Assembly: GCA_965198065.1 (NCBI GenBank)
Contig: CBDAON010000004.1
Span: 1,408,001 to 1,472,000, forward strand
Direction of reading: 5' to 3'
DNA: 64,000 nucleotides
DNA from: Longimicrobiales bacterium
Lineage (GTDB): Bacteria; Gemmatimonadota; Gemmatimonadetes; Longimicrobiales; Gaopeijiaceae
The translations under genes and the position numbers were made by a program. Every line of letters begins with the position of its first letter. The stretch's first letter is position 1. Positions 50,929-61,224 of the stretch are shown one piece after another. Under the pieces are notes generated by a model. It did no database searches, had not been told where the DNA came from, and worked only from the letters and a program-made list of their open reading frames with translations.

Positions 50929-53271
50929 ATGTTCGACAGCGTCTTCGAGTATCTCTTCAAATATCCGCAGATCGCGTACGAGCGTGGAGAGATCGTCTGG
51001 GGGGGAGCCTGGTCCCCGCTGGTCCTCCTTCTCCTGCTGGGCTTCGGCGCGGTGCTCGTAGTCTGGAGCTACGTCGCCACCCGGAACCAGGCCTCGCTGC
51101 TCGCGACCTGGACGCTCGTGCTGATCCGGGCGACGGGGCTCGCGGTGCTGACGATCTGCCTGCTTCGGCCGACGCTGGTCCTCTCAACGGCGGTCCCCCA
51201 GCAGAACGTGGTCGCGATAGTGATCGACGACTCCCGCAGCATGATGATCCCGGACCAGGGGGACCGGGAGCGGGGCGTGGTGGCCCAGGACTTCTTCGCA
51301 TCGCCAGAGAGCCCGCTCCTGGAGGAGCTCGAGGCGCGTTTCCTGCTGCGGCACTTCCGGTTCTCCTCTCAAACCGAGCGGCTCCGGGACTCGGAGGAGC
51401 TCGCTTTCGACGGAACCCGGACGTTGCTCGGGTCGTCCCTCGACTTCGTCCGTAGCGAGCTCGCGAGCCTCCCGCTCTCGTCCATCGTGCTCGTCACGGA
51501 CGGAGGGGATCAGGCGCCCGAGGCTATGGAGGAGGCTCTCCTGGCCATCCGTGCAGAGGGAATCCCCGTCCACGTGGTCGGAGCTGGCCGGGAGCGGGTC
51601 TCGCCCGAGATCGTGATCGAGCGGGTGGAGCTTCCCCGGTCCGTGGCGCGCGGAAGCGCGGTCATGGCCCAGGTGATCGTGGCCCACACGGGCCTCATTG
51701 AGGCCCGTGTGCCGGTGCATATCGAGGAGGACGGCCGGATCCTGGCCTCCCAGGAGGTCGTCCTGGAGGGAGGCTCGGGAAGCACGACGGTGAGGATTCC
51801 GATCACGCTCGAGACACCGGGAGTGCGATCGCTCACCGCCCGGGTCCCGGGCCAGACGGGCGAGGTCCTCCAGGAGAACAACGCCATGGACGCGCACATC
51901 CAGGTGCGCGACGGGCGGGACAAGATCCTCTACTACGAGGGGCAGCCCCGCCACGAGGTGGCGTTCATGCGGAGGGCCGTCAGGGACGACCAGAACCTCC
52001 AGCTCGTCGTCCTCCAGCGGACTGGCGAGGACCGCTACGTGCGGCTCGACGTGGACTCGGGGGACGAGCTCGCGGGCGGGTTCCCCAGCTCCCGGGAGGA
52101 GCTGTTCGAGTACCGCGGGCTCATCCTAGGGAGCGTCGAGGCCAGCTCGTTCTCCCCGGACCAGATCCGGATGATCGTGGACTTCGTCGATCGGCGGGGA
52201 GGGGGGCTCCTCGCGCTCGGCGGCCCGCGTGCGTTCGCGGAAGGCGGATACGCCGGCACCGCGCTGGATCCGATCTTCCCCCTCGAGCTGGATCCGGCGG
52301 TGGCTCGCCCGCGTGGGGAGGTGGGGGACTTCTGGGCGACCATGCGGATCGCCCCGACACGGAGCGGGCTCCAGCATCCGGCGCTCCTCCTGGCGGGCCC
52401 CCCGACCGACGGGGCGAGCAACACGACCCTCACTGAGAGCGACACGGAGCGCATGGAGCGCTGGGAGGCGCTCCCGGAGCTCACGACGGTGAACGCGCTC
52501 GGCGTGCCCAAACGTGGAGCGTCCGTCCTGCTCACGGGGTCAAGCTCCGATCTCCCGGGCGGCGAGCAGCCGGTCCTGGCGTTCCAGCGATACGGAGCCG
52601 GCGTGTCCGCCGTGCTCGGCGTTCATGACACCTGGCTCTGGCAGATGCACGCCGACATCCCCCTCGAGGACGAGACGCACGAGCTCTTCTGGAGACAGCT
52701 CCTCCGCTGGCTCGTCCAGGACGTTTCCGATCCCCTCCAGGCGAACGCGACTAGGACGCGCGTCGCGCCCGGCGAGGCCGTGGAGCTCGCGGCTCGCGTG
52801 ATGAGCGAGGAGTTCCTGCCGGTGAACAACGCCGTGGTCACGGCGCGCGTGACGGATCCCTTCGGCTCTGAGCAGGAAGTCGCCCTGACCTGGGATCTGG
52901 ATCGGGATGGGGAGTACCGCGGATCCTTCCTCCCGGGCCCCGACGGACCGTATGAGGTGCAGGTGGAGGCCGTGGACGGCGAGCGGACGCTCAGCGCCCC
53001 CCCGCTTCACATCCAGGCCGGTGTCCTGGACGATGAGATCCGGAGTGGAGCGATGCGGGGGAACCTCCTCCGCCGGATTGTTACGGAAACGGGCGGGCAG
53101 TACTACCCGCTCGACCGCACGGACGGTCTCGCGGAGGATCTGCGGTACACGGAGAGGGGCACGGTCGTCCAGGAGGAGAGGGACCTCTGGGACCTTCCCG
53201 TCTTCTTCTTCCTCCTCGTAGGACTCCTCTCGGCCGAATGGCTCTTCCGGAGGGGAATGGGGCTGGCATGA
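50929..53271 (+). CDS. Membrane protein with vWA and GATase-like (DUF1355-like) domains
   Basis: MIDAS DDSRSM, TDG, GGGLL.LGG, FWRQLLRWL, terminal TM..EW..RR. Confidence 0.8.
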   Translation: MFDSVFEYLFKYPQIAYERGEIVWGGAWSPLVLLLLLGFGAVLVVWSYVATRNQASLLATWTLVLIRATGLAVLTICLLRPTLVLSTAVPQQNVVAIVIDDSRSMMIPDQGDRERGVVAQDFFASPESPLLEELEARFLLRHFRFSSQTERLRDSEELAFDGTRTLLGSSLDFVRSELASLPLSSIVLVTDGGDQAPEAMEEALLAIRAEGIPVHVVGAGRERVSPEIVIERVELPRSVARGSAVMAQVIVAHTGLIEARVPVHIEEDGRILASQEVVLEGGSGSTTVRIPITLETPGVRSLTARVPGQTGEVLQENNAMDAHIQVRDGRDKILYYEGQPRHEVAFMRRAVRDDQNLQLVVLQRTGEDRYVRLDVDSGDELAGGFPSSREELFEYRGLILGSVEASSFSPDQIRMIVDFVDRRGGGLLALGGPRAFAEGGYAGTALDPIFPLELDPAVARPRGEVGDFWATMRIAPTRSGLQHPALLLAGPPTDGASNTTLTESDTERMERWEALPELTTVNALGVPKRGASVLLTGSSSDLPGGEQPVLAFQRYGAGVSAVLGVHDTWLWQMHADIPLEDETHELFWRQLLRWLVQDVSDPLQANATRTRVAPGEAVELAARVMSEEFLPVNNAVVTARVTDPFGSEQEVALTWDLDRDGEYRGSFLPGPDGPYEVQVEAVDGERTLSAPPLHIQAGVLDDEIRSGAMRGNLLRRIVTETGGQYYPLDRTDGLAEDLRYTERGTVVQEERDLWDLPVFFFLLVGLLSAEWLFRRGMGLA

Positions 53272-54269
53272 TCGGAAGGGCCCTCGGACTGGCGCTCTCC
53301 TCCCTTCTCGCGTCGGGTTCCGTCTTCGCCCAGGAGACGCACGTCCTGATCGTCGCGGGGCTGGGTGGCGAGGCCGAGTTCCGCGAGACCTTCGTGGAGT
53401 GGGGGAGCGGGCTCGCGCGCGCCGCCGTCACGGCCGGCGTGACGGAGGAGCACGTGACGTTCCTGGCGGAAGACCCGGCGGCGGCGCCGGAGCTCATTCG
53501 CGGCCGCTCGACGGCGGAGGAGATCCGGGCGGCGTTTGGTCGGATCCAGTCCGAGGCGTCGCCACTGGACCGAGTGCTCCTGGTCCTTATCGGGCACGGG
53601 GAGGGGGCTCGCGGGGACTCTCGCGTGAGCCTCCCCGGAGCCGATCTCAACGCGGCCGACTACGGGCTCCTCCTCTCGGAGCTCGCGCTGCGCGGCATCG
53701 CCGTGGTAAACGTGGCCAGCGCGAGCGGCGACTTCATCACGGAGCTCACCGGGGAAGGACGGATCGTCGTCACGGCGACCAGGAGCGCGGCCCAGCGAAA
53801 CGCGCCCCGCTTCGGGGAGTTCTTCGTGCAGGCGTATGTCGGCGAGGGCTCCGACCTGGATCGGGACGGCCGCGTGTCAGTGCTCGAGGCCTTCGAGTTC
53901 GCGCGCCAGGAGACGGAGCGCTACTACCGGGACCGCGGGCTCATCATCCCGGAGACGTCGCTCCTGGAGGACCGGCCGGATGGCCGCGGCGTGCACACTC
54001 CCATGGAAGACGAGGACGTGGGGCGGCTGGCAGCCCGCTTCTTCCTCCAGGGGGCCGACCCCGTCGTCGAGGTCTCGGATCCGGCGGTGGCCGCGCGGCT
54101 CCGGGAGCTCTACGCCAGGCAGGAGGCGCTCGAAGTCCAGCTGGCGGAGCTCAGCGCCCGGCGGGGCTCCATGGACGCGGCCGCGTACCAGGCCGCCCTC
54201 GACCCGCTCCTGATCGAGCTGGCAGAGGTCGGTCAGGAAATCCGGACGCTGGAAGGGGACGCGCGGTGA
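53268..54269 (+). CDS. Secreted caspase/C13-fold-like protein
   Basis: Signal peptide, LIGHG, VASASG, VTAT, DLDRDGRVS..E, coiled-coil tail. Confidence 0.7.
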   Translation: MIGRALGLALSSLLASGSVFAQETHVLIVAGLGGEAEFRETFVEWGSGLARAAVTAGVTEEHVTFLAEDPAAAPELIRGRSTAEEIRAAFGRIQSEASPLDRVLLVLIGHGEGARGDSRVSLPGADLNAADYGLLLSELALRGIAVVNVASASGDFITELTGEGRIVVTATRSAAQRNAPRFGEFFVQAYVGEGSDLDRDGRVSVLEAFEFARQETERYYRDRGLIIPETSLLEDRPDGRGVHTPMEDEDVGRLAARFFLQGADPVVEVSDPAVAARLRELYARQEALEVQLAELSARRGSMDAAAYQAALDPLLIELAEVGQEIRTLEGDAR

Positions 54270-56965
54270 GGGCCCTGATGCGGAGCCGATTCCTGGCGCT
54301 CGGCGCCGGGCTCTTCCTGGTCGGGTGCGTGGGGAGCGACGGGGCCGAGGCACAGGATCCGGCGTCGCCGGAATCCCTCCTCCGTGAGGGAAGCTACGCG
54401 GAGGCCCTTCCGCTCCTCGAGGATCGGCTCGCCCGTCAGGGCACGCCGCAGGCGGCGGCCCAGCTCGCGACCATCCTCTTCGAGATCGGCCGCTTCGACG
54501 AGGTGGAAGCCCTGCTCCGTCGGGAGATCGAGCGCTCGAGAGGAGACGTGGAGCTGCGCCTCATCCTCGGGAGGACGCTCCTCAAGCGGGGGCGGCTGGA
54601 CGAGGCCGACCAGGAGCTCGGGGCGATCGCGGGGACGCGGGGGGGCGCGCCCCTCCTCGCGCTCGTGCACCAGGGCGAGATCCTACTCCGGCGGGGCGAG
54701 AGGGAGGCCGCGCTCCAGGTCTTCGACCGGTTCATCGACGTCTACAACGGGCGATCGGACCTGGACAGCCGGGAGCTCCAGGCCGTGGCCCAGGCGGTGC
54801 GGCACATGGGGGTGATCGACCCCGCCCTATACCAGGACGCGCTCCGCGCCTACGACGAGGCCGTGGCGGCAGATCCGGACAACCTGGAGGCACACGTCGG
54901 CACCGGGACCCTCTTCCTCTCCCGCCTCGACGCGCCCGAGGCCCGGAGCTCGTTCCAGGAGGTCCTCGCCAGGCGAGGACGGCACCCCCACGCGCTCCTC
55001 GGTCTCGCCGAGGCAGCGGAGTTCGAGGGGTCGGACGAAGCCGGCCCGATGCTCGACACGGCCCTCGAGGTAAACTCGAATCTGGTCCCCGCCCTAGTGC
55101 TCCGGGCGAGCCGGAGCCTGGCCGAGGAGAACGGCGACGCTGCGGAAGCGGACCTCGAAGCCGCCCTCCAAGTGAACCCGAGTTCGGCCGAGGCCCTCGC
55201 TGTACTCGCGGGCATGTACCTGATCCGCGGAATGACCGACGAATACGAGCGCACGCGCGACCGGGCCCTCGCCGTAAACCCCCGGGACGCGCAGTTCTTC
55301 GTGACGGTCGCGGAGCTAGCCTCGAACGTGCGGTTTTACGCCGAGGCCGAGGCGCTGGCCGGCCGCGGCGCGGCGCTGGACTCGCTCGCGTGGGACGCGT
55401 ACGGGGTGCAGGGACTGAACCAGCTGAGGCTGGGCGAGATCGCGGCCGGGCGAAGGAACCTCGAGATCGCGTTCGAGGGTGATCCATACAACGTATGGTT
55501 CAAGAACACGCTCGACCTCCTCGACGTCATGGACACCTTCGAAGAGTTCTCGTCGCCCTCCCTGAACGTGTACGTGGAGCCAGAGGACGGTGAGGCCCTG
55601 GCGATCTACATGACGGAGGTCGGGGAGCGCGCTCTTGAGGACCTTTCCGCCCGGTACCGGTACCGTCCGGAGACACCGATCCGGGTCGAGGCGTTCCGGC
55701 GCAGCGCCGACTTCTCCGTGCGCACGATGGGGCTCGCTGGGATCGGGGCGCTCGGAGTGGCGTTCGGGCGGGTCGTGGCCATGGATTCGCCGAGCGCCAG
55801 GGGACCTCAGGGCTTCGACTGGGCCTCGACCCTCTGGCACGAGCTGACACACGTCGTGCACATGGGTATGACGGAGCACCGCGTGCCGCGGTGGCTGACG
55901 GAGGGGCTAGCCGTGCATGAGGAGCGGCGGGCCGGCGTGTCGTGGGGGATGCGCCCCTCGCTCGCGTTCTTCGCCGCCTACATCGAGGACCGGGTCCGGC
56001 CTCCCAGCCAGCTGAGCCAGAGCTTTGTTCGGCCGCGCAGTCCGGAGGAGGTCGGACACGCGTACGTCCTGGGATCCATCGTGGCGGGGTGGATCGAGGA
56101 GACCCGGGGCTTCGACGCGATCCTCGACATGCTCGAGGGTTACCGCGACGGTCGCGGGCCGGAGGACGTCATGCGTCGCGCCCTGGGGATTGATCTGGAG
56201 GAGCTGGATCGGAGCTTCGACGTGTGGTTCCGCGAGCGCTACGCGGACCCGATCCGGGCGGCCGAGGCCGCGCTCGAGCTCAGGGCCATTCCCCCCCAGG
56301 AGCGCGCCGGGGACCGGGAGGGGCTGGAGAGCCGCGTCGCCGAGTCACCCCTGGACGTCGAGTCTCGCATCGCGCTGGCCAGGGTGCTCATCTCCGAGGA
56401 GGAGTTCGCCGCGGCGATCGGCCCGCTCACGGAGGCGCGAGATCTCTTCCCCGAGAATCCGGACCCGGCCGGCCCCAATCGTCTTCTGGCCCGGGTATAC
56501 ACCGAGCTCGGGAACGACGCGCTCGCGATGGCCGCGCTCGCGGAGCACGTGACCCGGGTCGGGGGCGACTACGCCGCGCACCTCCAGCTGGCCGAGCTTC
56601 TCGAGGAGGCGGGACGCCAGGCGGAGGCGGCCGAGACGCTAGAGGAGGCGATCGCCGTCTACCCGTTCGAGATCTCCCTCCACGATCGTCTCGCGCGGCT
56701 GTACCGGGAACTCGGCAATCCGGAGGGCGAGGTCCGGGAGCGGCGGGTCGCCCTCGCCCTCGATCTACCAGATCGGGCAGGAGCGCTCCACCTCCTCGCC
56801 GAGGCGCAGCTCAGGGCCGGACGGATCGAGGAAGCGAGAGCGAGCGTGCTCCAGGCGCTCGAGCTGGCGCCGCTGTTCCCGGAGGCGCAGGACCTGCTTC
56901 TCACGATCCTTAGCGGCGGCGGAGACGCGGGGGGAACGGACGGACGGGAAACGGACGGACAGTGA
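54266..56965 (+). CDS. TPR protein with peptidase MA-like domain, probable lipoprotein
   Basis: LVGC lipobox, many TPRs, HELTH..PRWLTEGLA; GTG start overlaps upstream stop. Confidence 0.88.
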   Translation: MRALMRSRFLALGAGLFLVGCVGSDGAEAQDPASPESLLREGSYAEALPLLEDRLARQGTPQAAAQLATILFEIGRFDEVEALLRREIERSRGDVELRLILGRTLLKRGRLDEADQELGAIAGTRGGAPLLALVHQGEILLRRGEREAALQVFDRFIDVYNGRSDLDSRELQAVAQAVRHMGVIDPALYQDALRAYDEAVAADPDNLEAHVGTGTLFLSRLDAPEARSSFQEVLARRGRHPHALLGLAEAAEFEGSDEAGPMLDTALEVNSNLVPALVLRASRSLAEENGDAAEADLEAALQVNPSSAEALAVLAGMYLIRGMTDEYERTRDRALAVNPRDAQFFVTVAELASNVRFYAEAEALAGRGAALDSLAWDAYGVQGLNQLRLGEIAAGRRNLEIAFEGDPYNVWFKNTLDLLDVMDTFEEFSSPSLNVYVEPEDGEALAIYMTEVGERALEDLSARYRYRPETPIRVEAFRRSADFSVRTMGLAGIGALGVAFGRVVAMDSPSARGPQGFDWASTLWHELTHVVHMGMTEHRVPRWLTEGLAVHEERRAGVSWGMRPSLAFFAAYIEDRVRPPSQLSQSFVRPRSPEEVGHAYVLGSIVAGWIEETRGFDAILDMLEGYRDGRGPEDVMRRALGIDLEELDRSFDVWFRERYADPIRAAEAALELRAIPPQERAGDREGLESRVAESPLDVESRIALARVLISEEEFAAAIGPLTEARDLFPENPDPAGPNRLLARVYTELGNDALAMAALAEHVTRVGGDYAAHLQLAELLEEAGRQAEAAETLEEAIAVYPFEISLHDRLARLYRELGNPEGEVRERRVALALDLPDRAGALHLLAEAQLRAGRIEEARASVLQALELAPLFPEAQDLLLTILSGGGDAGGTDGRETDGQ

Positions 56966-57007
56966 AGAGACCTTGCACATCGGTCCAGGGATGACCCAGG
57001 AGGATTC

Positions 57008-58045
57008 GTGGAATCGCAGATGACGCAGGGAACCGAGCCCGAGACCAAGGACGACATCGAGCTCGCGGATCGCATGCTGGCCGCCAGGAAGTCGATCCTG
57101 GAGGAGGTCGGAAAGCAGATCATCGGTCAGGAAGGCGTGCTCGAGGAGGTCCTCCTCTCCCTCTTCGTGGGAGGGAACAGCCTGATCCTGGGCGTTCCCG
57201 GGCTCGCGAAGACCATGATCATCCACGTGATGGCCCAGGTCCTGGATTTGAACTTCTCGCGCATTCAGTTCACTCCGGACCTCATGCCCTCGGACATCAC
57301 GGGGACCGAGCTCCTCCAGGAGGACGCCCAGACCCACAAGCGTGAGCTCGTGTTCCGGAAGGGGCCGATCTTCGCCAACATCGTGCTCGCGGACGAGATC
57401 AACCGGACGCCTCCGAAGACGCAGGCCGCGCTCCTCGAGGCCATGCAGGAGCACCAGGTCACGGTCCAGGGGACGACGTACGTGCTCCAGGAGCCGTTCT
57501 TCGTCTTCGCTACCCAGAACCCGATCGAGCTCGAGGGCACGTACCCCCTCCCCGAGGCGCAGCTGGACCGCTTCATGTTCGAGATCATCATCGACCACCT
57601 CCCGGAGGAGCTGGAGCTGACCGTCGTCACGCACACGACCGGGATCGAGCGGGAGCCCCCGGCGCAGGTCGTCGCCAGGGAGGATCTGATCGACTACCAG
57701 CACCTGGTACGCCGGGTGCCCGTGTCGGATCCCGTGTCCCGCTACGCCCTCTCGATCGTGCGCGCCAGTCGGCCGGAGCCAAACGGGAAACGCGAGTTCG
57801 TGCAGAACTTCATCTCGTACGGCGCGAGCGTCCGGGCCGCGCAGTACCTGGTGCTCGGCGGGAAGGCGCGGGCGCTCACCCGCGGCCGCTTCGCGGTGAC
57901 GTACGAAGACATCCGGGCCCTCGCCCATCCGGTCCTCCGGCACCGCCTCCTCACGAACTTCCAGGCGCAGTCCGAAGGGGTTACCACGGACAAGCTCGTG
58001 GACCAGCTCCTCGAATCCGTGCCCGAGCCAAAATCGGGAATGTAG
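57008..58045 (+). CDS. moxR: MoxR-family AAA+ ATPase
   Basis: GVPGLAKT, RIQFTPDLMPSD, LADEINR, ATQNPIE, LDRF. Confidence 0.96.
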   Translation: MESQMTQGTEPETKDDIELADRMLAARKSILEEVGKQIIGQEGVLEEVLLSLFVGGNSLILGVPGLAKTMIIHVMAQVLDLNFSRIQFTPDLMPSDITGTELLQEDAQTHKRELVFRKGPIFANIVLADEINRTPPKTQAALLEAMQEHQVTVQGTTYVLQEPFFVFATQNPIELEGTYPLPEAQLDRFMFEIIIDHLPEELELTVVTHTTGIEREPPAQVVAREDLIDYQHLVRRVPVSDPVSRYALSIVRASRPEPNGKREFVQNFISYGASVRAAQYLVLGGKARALTRGRFAVTYEDIRALAHPVLRHRLLTNFQAQSEGVTTDKLVDQLLESVPEPKSGM

Positions 58046-58059
58046 GGGAGAGAGAGCCG

Positions 58060-59004
58060 GTGGCCATCGCACACGGTTGGGGGCGCGGACAGGCCGGGCC
58101 GGGAGCCCGGTTCCTGGATCCCCTCGTGCTCCAGCGCATCGGAAACCTAGAGCTGGTGGCGCGGAGCGTGGTGGAAGGATTCCTCCAGGGGCTCCACAAG
58201 TCCCCATATCTCGGCAACTCCATGGACTTCGCCGAGCATCGACCGTACTCGGTGGGGGACGACATCCGGCGCGTGGACTGGCGCGTTCTCGCCCGGACCG
58301 AGCGTTACTACGTGAAGGAGTTCGAGGCCGAGACCAACACGAACTTCACGATGCTCTTGGACTGCTCCCGCTCCATGAACTTCGGGGAGCCCATCACGAA
58401 GTTCGACTACGCCCGGTTTCTCGCGGCGAGCCTCACCTTCATGTCGCGCCGCCAGGGCGATCGGGTGGGAATCTTCACCTTCGATTCGAAGGTGCGGGAG
58501 GTCGTGCCGTGCTCCGCGCGCCACCTGGAACTCGTGCTCCACACGATCAACCGGTCCAAGGCGGAGCGGTCGGGAGAGCTCTCCCCCGCGCTCCGCGACG
58601 TGTCCGTGCGGCAGTCCCGAAAGGGGATCATCGCGCTCGTGAGCGACTTGTACGCCCCGCCGGAAGACATCCGGAGCTCGATTTCGATGCTCCGGGAGCT
58701 GGGAAACGACGTGATGGTCTTCCACCTCCTCTCCCCAACGGAGCGGGACATTCCCTACGAGGGACCGTTCATGCTCGAGGACATGGAAACGGGCGAGGTT
58801 CTGCCTCTGGCCCCCGCTCAGCTCCGTGAGGAGTACCGCAGGCTGGTAAATGCCCACGTCGTATCGGTGGGACGCGCGATCTCGGGTGCCGGAGCGGACC
58901 ACATCCCCGTGGACACGGCCCGGCCGCTCGACCAGGCGCTCTTCCACTACCTACTGTCCAGGCAGTACCGCAAACGGAGCGGACGATGGGCCTCGCATTC
59001 ATAG
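58060..59004 (+). CDS. DUF58 vWA-like protein
   Basis: G.HKS, FAEHRPY..GDD.R.VDW, DCSRSM, SD. Confidence 0.93.
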   Translation: MAIAHGWGRGQAGPGARFLDPLVLQRIGNLELVARSVVEGFLQGLHKSPYLGNSMDFAEHRPYSVGDDIRRVDWRVLARTERYYVKEFEAETNTNFTMLLDCSRSMNFGEPITKFDYARFLAASLTFMSRRQGDRVGIFTFDSKVREVVPCSARHLELVLHTINRSKAERSGELSPALRDVSVRQSRKGIIALVSDLYAPPEDIRSSISMLRELGNDVMVFHLLSPTERDIPYEGPFMLEDMETGEVLPLAPAQLREEYRRLVNAHVVSVGRAISGAGADHIPVDTARPLDQALFHYLLSRQYRKRSGRWASHS

Positions 59005-61187
59005 CTCCCCTCTTCCTCGCGGGTCTGCTCGCGCTCGCGATCCCGGTGATCGTGCACCTGATCCGCCGGCACCAGGGGAAGCGGATCGACTTCCCGTCGC
59101 TCATGTTCCTACGGCAGATGCCGGTCCGGTCGGTGCGTCGGCTCCGCATCCGGGACTGGTTCCTACTCATGCTCCGGGCGCTGGCCCTGGCGCTCATCGT
59201 CTTGGCGTTCGCGCGTCCAGTCCTTCGGCTCGGGGCGACCGACGAGGTGGTGGAGGACGGGCTCCGCGAGGTGGTGATCGCTCTCGACCGCTCGTGGAGC
59301 ATGGAGCGCGGGGACCGCTGGGAGAGGGCGTTGGACGAAGCCCGCTCCGTGCTGGCCGACCTCGTGAGCCCCGATCGCGTGTCCCTGGTGGTCTTTGACG
59401 GGGTGGGACAGGTGGTGGTCGAGCCAACGCTCGAGCCCGGCCGGGTCAGGGCGGCGCTGGACACCCTGAGCCCGGGGTGGGGGCGGACCCAGATCGGGGC
59501 CGGCATTCAGGCGGCGAGCGGCCTCGTCGAGCCGTCCGAGCGGTCGCGGAAGGAGGTGGTCCTCATCTCCGACTTCCAGCGGCGAGGCTGGGAGGACGGT
59601 CCCCGGGATCGCCTTCCGGCGGGCACCCAGCTCACCCCGGTAGACGTGGGGGACGACGGGATCGGCACGCTCATCGTGGCCGACGTGGAGCTCGAGCACA
59701 CGTTCTTCGAGGGAAGGCAGCGGATCCGGCCCGAGGCTCGCGTGGTGCGTCAGGGCGCGGGCGCACCCACCCAGGCCCGCGTGGTCCTCGAGATGGATGG
59801 ACGGGAGATCGAAACCCACGAGATCGAGATCCCCTCGGAGGGTGCCGTTCCCGTCGCCTTCGAGCCCATCACCCTCCCGGAGGAAGGGGTTCGGGGCGCG
59901 ATCCTCCTCTTTCCCGAGGGAGCGCCCCCGGAGGAACCGTTTCGCTTCTTCTTTTCTCCGCGCGAGGTCCTCTCGATCCTGATCGCGGAGGGAAGCGTGA
60001 GCGGCCCCGCCCAGGGGGCGTACCTCCGGAGCGCCCTGGCCGTGACGGGGGGAACTCCGGTCACCGTTGAGACGCGGACGGGGAACGGCTTCACGGTGGC
60101 GGAGCTAGAGGCCGCAGACGTGGTGATCCTGAACGACGTGCCCCTGTCGTCGGGCGCCTCCGGGAACCTTCTCCGTGAGTACGTCCTGGGCGGGGGCGGC
60201 GTCGTGATCGTGGCGGGTCCGGAGAGCGCGCCCGGATCGTGGGAGAACGCCTGGGCCGATTTCCTCCCCGGGCGCCTGGGCGACGCCGTGGACCGGAACC
60301 CCGCGCGGGGTGGTACGCTCACGGCAGTCGATCGCGATCACCCGGTGTTCTCGCCGTTTGCCGGATCGGAGGGAGGAGGGCTAGGCGGGCCGCGCTTCTA
60401 CCGGTACCGCGCTCTCTCCGTCCCCCTCCCACCGGACCCGGAGAGCCCCGAGGGCCAGGACGCGGCGGCGCGCGGCCCGCAGGTGATCGCGCGATTCGAC
60501 GATGGGACTCCGGCTCTCGCGGAGCAGACCGTCGGATCCGGGCGAGTTCTCGTGTGGACCTCCACGCTCGACAACACCTGGACCGACTTCGCGCTCCATC
60601 CGGCATTCGTTCCGGTAACGCGAGAGATGGCGCGGTACGCGTCCTCGCGCGAGGAGAGAGTGCCTTACTTCGCGGTGGGGCAGCCGCTCGACGTGAGGTT
60701 CCTCCTGGGACAGGCGGGGGTCCCGGGGGCGTCGGCCGAGGAGGCGGGCGGCGGCGGAGCCGGAGAGGTGTCGGAAGGGCTCCTGATCGGGCCGGGGGCG
60801 ACGGGGGTCGAGCTGCGGACGGGCGCGGGACAGCTCGTACAGCTCCCGACGCCCGGGTTCTACGAGGTCCGGCTGGGAGACGACGCGGGACCGGTGGTCC
60901 GGACCGTCGCGGCGAACCCGGAGCTGCGCGAGGCGGACCCGACCAGGATGGATCCGGAGGAGCTGGTGGTGGCAGTCTCCGGCACCACGGGCACCGCCGC
61001 CGCCCAGGGGGGGGACAGCGATCTGGTCCCGGAGGAGGGCCCGGGCCAGCTGACGCCCGAGCAGGAATCCGAGCGGCGACAAGGGGCGTGGCGGTTCCTC
61101 CTCCTCGGCGCGATTCTCTTGCTCCTCTGCGAGACGCTCGTGGCGGCGCGGTCGAAGCCCCTGGCCAAGCAGGCTACGGAAGCCTAG
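58986..61187 (+). CDS. BatA-domain plus vWA membrane protein
   Basis: IP.IVHL, FPS..FL, LL.LR, ARP, DRSWSM, ISDFQ, C-terminal TM. Confidence 0.9.
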   Translation: MGLAFIAPLFLAGLLALAIPVIVHLIRRHQGKRIDFPSLMFLRQMPVRSVRRLRIRDWFLLMLRALALALIVLAFARPVLRLGATDEVVEDGLREVVIALDRSWSMERGDRWERALDEARSVLADLVSPDRVSLVVFDGVGQVVVEPTLEPGRVRAALDTLSPGWGRTQIGAGIQAASGLVEPSERSRKEVVLISDFQRRGWEDGPRDRLPAGTQLTPVDVGDDGIGTLIVADVELEHTFFEGRQRIRPEARVVRQGAGAPTQARVVLEMDGREIETHEIEIPSEGAVPVAFEPITLPEEGVRGAILLFPEGAPPEEPFRFFFSPREVLSILIAEGSVSGPAQGAYLRSALAVTGGTPVTVETRTGNGFTVAELEAADVVILNDVPLSSGASGNLLREYVLGGGGVVIVAGPESAPGSWENAWADFLPGRLGDAVDRNPARGGTLTAVDRDHPVFSPFAGSEGGGLGGPRFYRYRALSVPLPPDPESPEGQDAAARGPQVIARFDDGTPALAEQTVGSGRVLVWTSTLDNTWTDFALHPAFVPVTREMARYASSREERVPYFAVGQPLDVRFLLGQAGVPGASAEEAGGGGAGEVSEGLLIGPGATGVELRTGAGQLVQLPTPGFYEVRLGDDAGPVVRTVAANPELREADPTRMDPEELVVAVSGTTGTAAAQGGDSDLVPEEGPGQLTPEQESERRQGAWRFLLLGAILLLLCETLVAARSKPLAKQATEA

Positions 61188-61224
61188 GGTACAGCAGGAA
61201 TGCTCATCTGTGCGGAGAACAGCC

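Noticed and set aside
53399..54265. N-terminal extension of the 1188-aa TPR ORF
   Set aside because: Shadow frame of the upstream gene; the real start is likely GTG 54266 with a lipoprotein signal
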